Part shown: positions 55,746-64,000 of the stretch, one piece after another | How the letters are laid out: each line of letters begins with the position of its first letter | How positions within the stretch are numbered: position 1 is the stretch's first letter | Source of the DNA: Paraspadella gotoi | Lineage: Eukaryota > Animalia > Chaetognatha | Direction of reading: 5' to 3' | NCBI GenBank assembly: GCA_051294375.1 | Contig: CM119266.1 | Location: 21,155,987-21,219,986 of the forward strand | DNA length: 64,000 nucleotides | The notes under the pieces: model-generated | Databases searched by the model: none | Seen by the model: the letters and a program-made list of their open reading frames with translations, nothing else | Told to the model about the DNA's origin: nothing | Program-made: the position numbers and the translations under genes

Positions 55746-56457
55746 GAGTTTATGCTCGGTAGGCGACGAGAAAAATGTCTTTCTTTCTTTGACCGAATGG
55801 ATGAAGGAGAAAATGAGAGGAAAAGAAAAAAAGGGTCGATGCCGCCGAAATCGGACCTGATTTATATGCAGCTTTTTTTCTTTTTGTTTTTGTTTTACTG
55901 CCGCAATAAAATATAGCGGAAGGGGAGGTTGAGAGGCTGGGGACAGGGGGGATGATGAGAGGTGAAGGAGTGGGCGAAGAGCCGAAGCAAAATCTTTTTT
56001 TCTTTTTCTATATCGGGATTCGATCTTTGGACACGAAGGATCGAGTTTTTGGCTCGAGGTCTTTTTTGCGCGGAATTTTTCTAATGGTTATATTTACCGA
56101 AGAATAAATATTAAAAATAATAACATTTTTAAAAAAATATTATTTGTTTAAATAAAAAAAAATATTATTATAATATTATTATTAAATATTATTTGTGACA
56201 TCGTCGAGTGTAGAAAAAGTCCACCGCTCTTTAGTCGTATCGCGAGCGGTTAAGGAAAGAGGCGGGTGAGTGGGAGGGTGAGGCAGCTGAAAGGGAAAGC
56301 GCTTCGTACGATGCGGGATCCGTGGCACCTGTCTGCACGCCAGGCTGACCACCTGTGATTAATGGCGCTAAGTGGGTTCCAAAAATGAAAATGAAACGTT
56401 GTAAATCATACGAAGGAGTCGGACAGACTGACAGCTTCACAATGCCAATTGCCTCTT

Positions 56458-56507
<50 letters not shown>

Positions 56508-58716
56508 TTCTCTCTTTTATCTTATTTTCCTTCTATCTTTCTCTATTTATTTCTCAATGTCTCTCTCTCCAGCCTTTTCTGCCTCCAACTCTCTCCATCT
56601 CTAACTTTCCCTTTCTCTTTCTATCTCTCACACTCTCCTTTCTTTCCGAACGTCAAATTCCCGGCTTCATAACGGTTTCTGTCAGCCTTTTTGATAAAAA
56701 TGTGATTCAGGGGCTGAAAACAATAAGAATGCAAATTAAACTGCCGCGCTTTAAACTTTTGCTCCAAGAGTTTGACTCCATCTCCCGATCGCGTGTTTTT
56801 TTTTTCACCCCAACTCGTATCACACCCTCGACTTTTCACTCTTAAGATCTGCGTGATTTCTTTACATTAGATACAATATTTAAATATTTGTAGGATTATG
56901 TTTAATATTCCTTCCATGATGTTGTACATATATTATTAATCTTTCTTCGTTTACATCCACAAGGTTTCATTCAATTTAACAAGGATACCTCTCCCCCCCC
57001 CCCCGCCTCCTGGCCGGGGACTCGGAACCCTCCCTCCAGACGCTCTTTGATTGCCCCCAAGAGAAGGGGCATTAAAATCCCCCGTTACAGCGGCCTATGA
57101 TTAAGTTATTCATGAAGTTGACTTCATATGGGAAGCAAAATAGGTGCTGCGAATATCCCTACCACGCCGACGGAAACCAAAGGAAACAGCGATGGAACGT
57201 TGCGAGGGGAAAAACAATTTCGAGTTTTAAATCTTTTATTACTAATTAAATATGTTTTTAGTTTAAACTTTAAAGCGTTCGGAGACCAACTGTTTTTAAG
57301 ATATGATGCGTGAATATGATAAAAAATAAAATTGTTAATCGACGAACTGAAATTTAAAATAGAATTAGGGCTTCATTTAAGTTTGTTATGTATTGTATAA
57401 TAATTAAATAGCTCGATCACCAAGTCATAAAGGTGATTTAAATTACAGCAAAAAATGTCAGAACGCAATTAAGCAAAACCAAAAGCCCGTGTTTCACGAC
57501 TGTCTCTCTACTGCCACCCGTCAGAGTTCCACGACTGTCGCTCCGCCGTCGATATGAGCAGAGAGTCGTTCTATAAAAATGGAAATGATCATACAGCCTC
57601 GCGCAATTATGCGCCGAAGAACAGAGGAGGAATGAAATCAAGGGAACTCGGTTCTACCTTGGGTGGGGGAGGAGGAGGAGGAGGAGGAGGAGGAGGGTGG
57701 GAGGATTGGGTGAGAGAGAGAGAGAGAAATTGGGAAAATGTATTGTATGAAGAAATAGATGGAGGTGGGTAAATCTTTTTTGGACGACGAGTGAAGAAAG
57801 GGGGAAAAGAGCTGAGCTGGGAAAGATGGAGAGAGAANNNNNNNNNNNNNNNNNNNNNNNNNNNNNNNNNNNNNNNNNNNNNNNNNNNNNNNNNNNNNNN
57901 NNNNNNNNNNNNNNNNNNNNNNNNNNNNNNNNNNNNNNNNNNNNNNNNNNNNNNNNNNNNNNNNNNNNNNNNNNNNNNNNNNNNNNNNNNNNNNNNNNNN
58001 NNNNNNNNNNNNNNNNNNNNNNNNNNNNNNNNNNNNNNNNNNNNNNNNNNNNNNNNNNNNNNNNNNNNNNNNNNNNNNNNNNNNNNNNNNNNNNNNNNNN
58101 NNGGAATTCGTCATACGCGGTCGAACGCTGGGTCCTTGACACAAAGACACAGAAATTTTGTTGTTGTCGACGCGAACGATGAAGACGTTGGCGACGACGA
58201 CGATGAAGACGAAGAAGACGACGGCGACGACGGAAATATTTCCATATAAATCAAAAAACCTTCAAAAAGTGGAACAAAATCTCGAGACGAGGAGAAAAAC
58301 ACGCGAGGGGAGAAAAATGGGGAGAAAGAAAAAGAAGAAATAAGGAAATGGAAAGAGTGATATGACATGAAAACTATGGAGCTTGACAATTGAAAATAAA
58401 TGCGGCTTATCGAGTTTAAAGATTAAAGTAAGATATTTTTTTAAAATTTTCGCTATAAATTTTTTTTTCCATCGAATGTCTAAAGTTAGGTAGGAAGGAA
58501 ATTTTATGAAAATCCCGAGGATTTTGAAAATAAAAAAAATTGTTCGTCCTTTTGAAAATTTGAAGATCGAGACACGAATTTGAGAAAGGAGGAAAAAGCA
58601 GTTATCGTTTTTGACTGAGATTATTTTTTAAGCTTATAAACTTCTCTCTCTGTCTCTGTCTTTCTTTTATTCTTACTATTTCCATTTTCTTTTCCTCTCT
58701 TCTCTTTTTCGTCTGT

Positions 58717-58745
58717 CTTTCTTTCTTTCTTTCTTTCTTTCTTTT

Positions 58746-58835
<90 letters not shown>
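58717..58835 (+). repeat. (CTTT)n microsatellite
   Basis: Directly visible. Confidence 0.95.
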
Positions 58836-58836
<1 letters not shown>

Positions 58837-60159
58837 ATCCTTCCCCCTTCGCCCTTTGGGGAATACTCGCCTATGAATTCGTCACTCGCTCTCATCTCTC
58901 GCTCTCGCTCTCGCGTCCCATCGATTCAGATTCAAACTCCGATTGGCTTTTTGTTCGGATTTTTTTTTCATTATTTATTTCTTTGCCCTTTTTTTTTATT
59001 CATGAACGATACCCGTGGCTCCGCCTCCTGGAACCCGTCGGGAGGAGCGGACTCGATACGCAGGTGAATGACGGGAATTATTCAATACGTCCGCGCCATC
59101 TCTACGAAGTTCTTACTCTTAGGGTTGTTGTAAGGTTAGTTGCTACTTTTTATTTTCAATACAGAAAAGTTAATTCAACCGACCCTTTTCCATAAGATTA
59201 GATACACTTGTTTCAATAACAAAAATAAAGTTTCGATTCGCNNNNNNNNNNNNNNNNNNNNNNNNNNNNNNNNNNNNNNNNNNNNNNNNNNNNNNNNNNN
59301 NNNNNNNNNNNNNNNNNNNNNNNNNNNNNNNNNNNNNNNNNNNNNNNNNNNNNNNNNNNNNNNNNNNNNNNNNNNNNNNNNNNNNNNNNNNNNNNNNNNN
59401 NNNNNNNNNNNNNNNNNNNNNNNNNNNNNNNNNNNNNNNNNNNNNNNNNNNNNNNNNNNNATTAGTCTCTCCGTCCACCTTTTAAAACCCGTCGTGGAAT
59501 TTGATTGATGCTCTTTTGTTTCTTCTTTGTCGGGCAGATGTCGCGCGCGTCTTCCTCCCATTTCGCGTCGACGTCATCTATAATTTGTGCCAAATATTTT
59601 TGACAAATTTCGGGTCTCCGCTTTGGCCTTTCGCCCTCTCGAAGCGGCGTCCGCGCTTCGGGCGTTACGGAGAAGAACATAATCCGCTCAGCCTTTTCAC
59701 GTGATCGAACAAACCAGTCGCCTGTTTTATTTAGTTAAAATATATTCGAGAGAATGGTTTCCGGATTATTATCTTTGAGTCTATTAAGCCATTAAGTATA
59801 TTTTAGTTGAAATTATAATAAAATTTCGAATAATCATCAACAGACTCCAGCCCTATTCTCAATTCTTTCTTCTTCCTTCCTTAGAATGGGAACCATTCTA
59901 CACTCGTTTCAGCAGGATGGGCGGCACGAGCTCGAGCAGGAAAGGCCAGCGGAAACTTCCGGTTTGGGGATTCCCTTACGCGTCCCCTTCGAAGGGAACC
60001 GACAGTAAGAAGGGATTGGGCCTTTTTTACGTTTAGGAATTTCTCAAATTTCCTTTTGATAATGCCACTTATTGCTGGGAATGGTTGTACGAGAAATATC
60101 TTTTATGTGTTCAACAAAGGGAGAGACGAAATAAAAAAGTAAAAGAAGTTCGAGGGGGG

Positions 60160-60526
60160 ACCAAGTCTAACGCAACACACTACCCAAGTCCACATGCGCC
60201 AGGCACTCATTGATCTTCGAGCGGGACTTCGGGGGAACAGCAGGTCCAGTTCTCGGGTTGCGCGTCTCCCTAACTATGCGCTTATGCAGCAAAGACAAAA
60301 GGTCTTCATACAAAAGGTTGCTTTTTGGACTTTGCATCTTTCGTGCTTTGGAGTTTTGGACGAAGTCTTTTAGGTTTGAGAAAGCATCGAGACAGGTTCC
60401 CATGCCGCACCGAAGGGATGAAGCCAAACATCGGCTGGCAGTTTGGCCTGGACAAGCTCGATTCCCAGGTAGAAATTCAATTTTGACCCGCGCGAGAACA
60501 TGCTCGTAGCCTCTCAACCGGGCACC
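60160..60526 (-). mobile_element. Degenerate non-LTR retrotransposon (L1/Tx1-like) fragment, end of RT/thumb
   Basis: Minus frames give NFYLGIEL (RT motif YLGI) and, downstream, DLLSLLHKRIV (compare LSLxGK). Balanced composition unlike host DNA. Confidence 0.5.
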
Positions 60527-61125
60527 CGTCTATCGATTCGTCTTTTCATGGGCATCTATCTGTGTGTATGTTTTTAAGTGTTAAAAATATGTTCTATAGG
60601 TGTTAGCAAAAAGCGTTAAAATGTTAAGTGACTGGCGCCAAAACATAATACATGCACTAAGTTTAGTAATTATTTTTTATTTTCTATAAAAACTACCACA
60701 GTTGGAAACCAGATTTAGCAACTAGAAATGACATTGCTAAGGCTATTATAATATTACTTTTTAATAAATTTATTTTAAATATTAATAATAATAAACCGGA
60801 GTTTTTGGGGTCTAAAGCATGTTGTTTCACAACCAAATTGATCCTCTTCCTTTTTCCTGCAATTTGACTTTTACTTTACGAACCTGTTCACGGAATTTTA
60901 ATAATTAAATATAATAATTTCTGGCAACTAATTATTTAATCAAATTTTTTAAAAAATTCATAAATTACAACCAGGTTTCTCATCATTTAACACAAATATG
61001 TTTATTATAAAATCTATATAATTGACGCTCGTGCACTTGACGCTTCTGTAAACACCCTAGGATAATTTTTCTTTTGAAACTAATATAAATAAGATAAGCC
61101 CATGCAAAGACGAATCGATAAGACG
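60527..61125. mobile_element. MITE-like element of about 600 bp with 27-28 bp terminal inverted repeats
   Basis: Left cgtc-tatcgattcgtcttttcatgggc versus the reverse complement of the right end cgtcttatcgattcgtctttgcatgggc (1 gap, 1 mismatch). AT-rich non-coding interior; no clear TSD. Confidence 0.75.
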
Positions 61126-61960
61126 TGGCTCACTTGATGCGGGCTATCAAGCATTTCTCCGGCGGTAAAAAATCTAGACGATCTATTTACCAGGGCATAT
61201 GTTGTGTTGAAGGACATAGGGTATAAGCACAGAAACATGTTCCTGGCGAAGCGAGGAGCAGTGACAGTAAATCGAAAAGCTGTGCGTGGTCTTGGCGACA
61301 TCTTTTCCGACAGGATGGTGAATCCAAGGATCTCAGAGCATGCATCTGCCAGGTCTCCTTTCTTCTTTGAGTGGGGCAGCAGTAGGTACTGGCCCTGAAG
61401 AGTCGACACAACAAACTGGCCATCTCTACCGAAGGAGGTATAATAAACGTGGAAATTTTGTCTCCAGTAGAGCAAAGGCGTGAAATGCGTGGTCTCGCAT
61501 AGATGTCAGAATGGTCTGCTCACACAGGATATAAACGGGCCAGGGACCGAGGGATGCGAAAGATGGAGAGCCCCAAAGGTATTTGACAGCCTAGGCGCCA
61601 GAGAGAAAGGGATGTCACTCCTATACTCCCCGAGGAAGTCTTCCGCAGTCTCTGTCGCCAGACAGATGGATTTGGAGGAGGGACTCGAAAGTGCTTCATG
61701 CCAGGACCTTGACTTGACGAGTGTTTTTCCACCTAGTTCGTCCCCACCACGTCGGGAAAAGGTATTTTTGGAGTGGATTGGAGGCATATCTCTCTCAAAC
61801 AACAACAACGCTCAATCTGTGCGCCATCGAACCACCGCCTCCCGCCCACCCAAGGATCCCGCCCAAGCCGCTAAATGGACAGCCTCTCGGCGCCATGGGA
61901 TCTCGCAACTCCGGCAAGTATTGAGCATCAGCCTCAGACTCTGACTGCTATCCGCGTTTG
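61126..61960 (-). mobile_element. Degenerate non-LTR retrotransposon (L1/Tx1-like) fragment, region N-terminal to RT
   Basis: VPGP...STLQGQYLLLPHSKKKGDL resembles the PGxDG...GxIxLLPKKGDL segment of L1/Tx1 ORF2. Multiple frameshifts. Confidence 0.55.
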
Positions 61961-63825
61961 GAGGGGCTCGCGCCCAATTCCTCATTTCTTCCCTGGGTTC
62001 CTTTTTTTTCTTTTACTCTTTTTCCTTTCTCTTTTCTTCCTTTCATTTTTATTCTTGTCCTTGTTTTATTTTGTTCGCGAAGACCTTATTTTGGTTTTCG
62101 TTTTTATTTTTATTTTTATATTTCATTTCTTTTATTTTATGTACTACTCTTTGGCTTAATATTAATTGTGATTATTATTTAGTTCGTCAGTCCAGATGGA
62201 TCGGACGGAGGGTCGATCGCGGTCGGTATGTCTTGTGGCCGTCGGTGTAACGCCACTTTACTGTCCTAAAATGCTCAATAAGATCGCAACTATAGTCGAC
62301 GCCTTCCTCAAATTTGATAAGACACAAGGATCAAAAAAAACCCCCCTCGAATCTTAAAGTGGACGTCTTATAAAGCGCCGCGCTTCAGGATGAAATCATA
62401 AAACTATAAGAATAAATACCGGCTTAAAGAGAAAAGTCACTGCGGGGGCGGGCAAACACACAATTTGAAATTCCGGTTCTTTGTTCTCTCCTCCCTCCTC
62501 TTCTACTCCAACTCTTCTTCACTGTCCTCCAGCTCTTTCCTCGAGCATTTCTTTTCTTTTCCTTCCCCTTCCCCCCGCCTCCCACCTTTCGCTACCCCTG
62601 GACGCCTCTTTTCCTGTTCCCTTAACCCCTTCCCCGCCACAAGACAAGCCTTCCTCCCATTCCTTCGTTGTCCTGCGTCTCTAACTGATGAATTTTATGA
62701 CATCTCGATGACGGTCGATTAAGTCCGCGCGTCACGCTCATCACGGTAGGCCTTGGAGACGGTGCGGTATCTTGCCGACAGTTGTCAGTACCAGGATAGT
62801 TCTTTTTTTTGTTTCACCTTTCTAAGCATATTTCCGTACAGAAGTGACTGCAGTTTGTCCAAAAGGTTTGTCCTTAAACAATTTTCTTATTATTTTATTA
62901 TCCGTTTCCTAAACTTTTCTTTTGTGTTTTGTAATTTTCTTTATCCGTTTCTTCTTCTAAACTTTCTTTTTGTTTTTCCGTTCGGCGATATTTTTATCAG
63001 CTGCAACTTTTCGGCACTCACGACGACGACGCGACGGACGACGAGACGACGACGACGACTACGTGCTTCGACGTGTATTAAGACGAAAGACGAAGCGATG
63101 ACACTCCAAAATAGTTTTACTACTTAAAAATTACTTAGTTTATGGTTTTGTAAAAAACAATAATATTTATCTATTTACTATCGATCACAATTGTCAGATT
63201 CTGGAATGAGTATCGATATTAATCCAACGGCGACGACGACTACATTGGCTTCGGACATTTTCATTTACATAGAAAGCTTATGCAGTGTCAGTCAATGTTG
63301 CCTTTCCTCGACGCAAACAATAGAATCGATTTTCAAACAATATCTCGTCGTCGTGACCGTCGTCATCGACTGGCCNNNNNNNNNNNNNTCGTCGTCGTCG
63401 TCGTCGTCATCGTCTTTATCCAGAAAATGCAGATTTTCTTTGCGTAAACAAAACAAAGCTTTTTTTTAAGTCGCGACAAAGCTTAAATGTAATGTAAAAA
63501 GCAAAAAAAAGCAAAACATTACCTTCCCCTGCCTGTGACCGGTCTCTCGAGCCGTCATCACTCTTTTCGTTAAAACTGATGTGAATGGGTTTTTTCCCTT
63601 TTAAATTTCAATTCAATGTTGCAGTATTATAATACTTCATCTTAGTTCAATATTTAAAAAAAAAAAAATCACTTTTTCTCTCTCTCGACCCCGGTCCAAC
63701 GACCCTCAGAGCCGCGGGCTGAGAGAGAGAGAGAGAGCCCGGCTGAATATGGAACGAAATTGAAAACAAAGATGGCAACCTCGTCGCAGATGCAGGCAGA
63801 TGCGGCCAAAGAAGAGAGATGGCGC

Positions 63826-63876
<51 letters not shown>

Positions 63877-64000
63877 CTGATCTAAATGCAAGAAGATGAA
63901 ACAGAAACAAGGCGGCGGCGGCGGCGGCGGCAGCAGCGGCGGCGGCGGCACTGGCGGCGGAATTCATTTGCAATCGGTCTCGCGATCCAATAGACGCGCA

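Noticed and set aside
59008-59070. YPWLR followed by a donor, resembling a Hox hexapeptide exon
   Set aside because: No homeodomain was found downstream, and a short match is expected by chance. A gap at 59242-59460 prevents full exclusion.

Overview
AT-rich, CpG-undepleted animal (probably invertebrate) scaffold from a draft assembly, with 15 N-gaps, six of them exactly 25 N. Gene density is very low, (GA/CT)n and (GAC/CGA)n microsatellites are dense, and nearly all ORFs in the supplied track are microsatellite or gap artefacts. Recognisable coding signal is all on the minus strand: (1) two frameshifted class I myosin motor exons (2.5-2.9 kb); (2) a multi-exon gene at 6.5-9.7 kb with a frameshifted Pin1-type WW domain; (3) an intact first exon encoding MSRRKQATPRHL, the NuRD-binding N-terminus of BCL11/SALL/FOG/ZNF423 zinc-finger factors (31.2 kb), followed by eroded BCL11-like zinc-finger remnants in the expected order down to 11.8 kb. 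Repeats include a perfect 71-bp-arm palindrome with a Penelope/hammerhead signature inside a TAACCC-containing element, a degenerate L1/Tx1-like LINE interrupted by a MITE, a three-copy dispersed repeat and kb-scale tandem duplications that look like long-read gap-filling artefacts. The main open question is why conserved coding exons keep canonical splice sites but have broken frames. Sequencing error is the most likely cause; pseudogene decay or RNA-level repair are alternatives. All protein assignments are by eye from remembered sequences, not from database searches.
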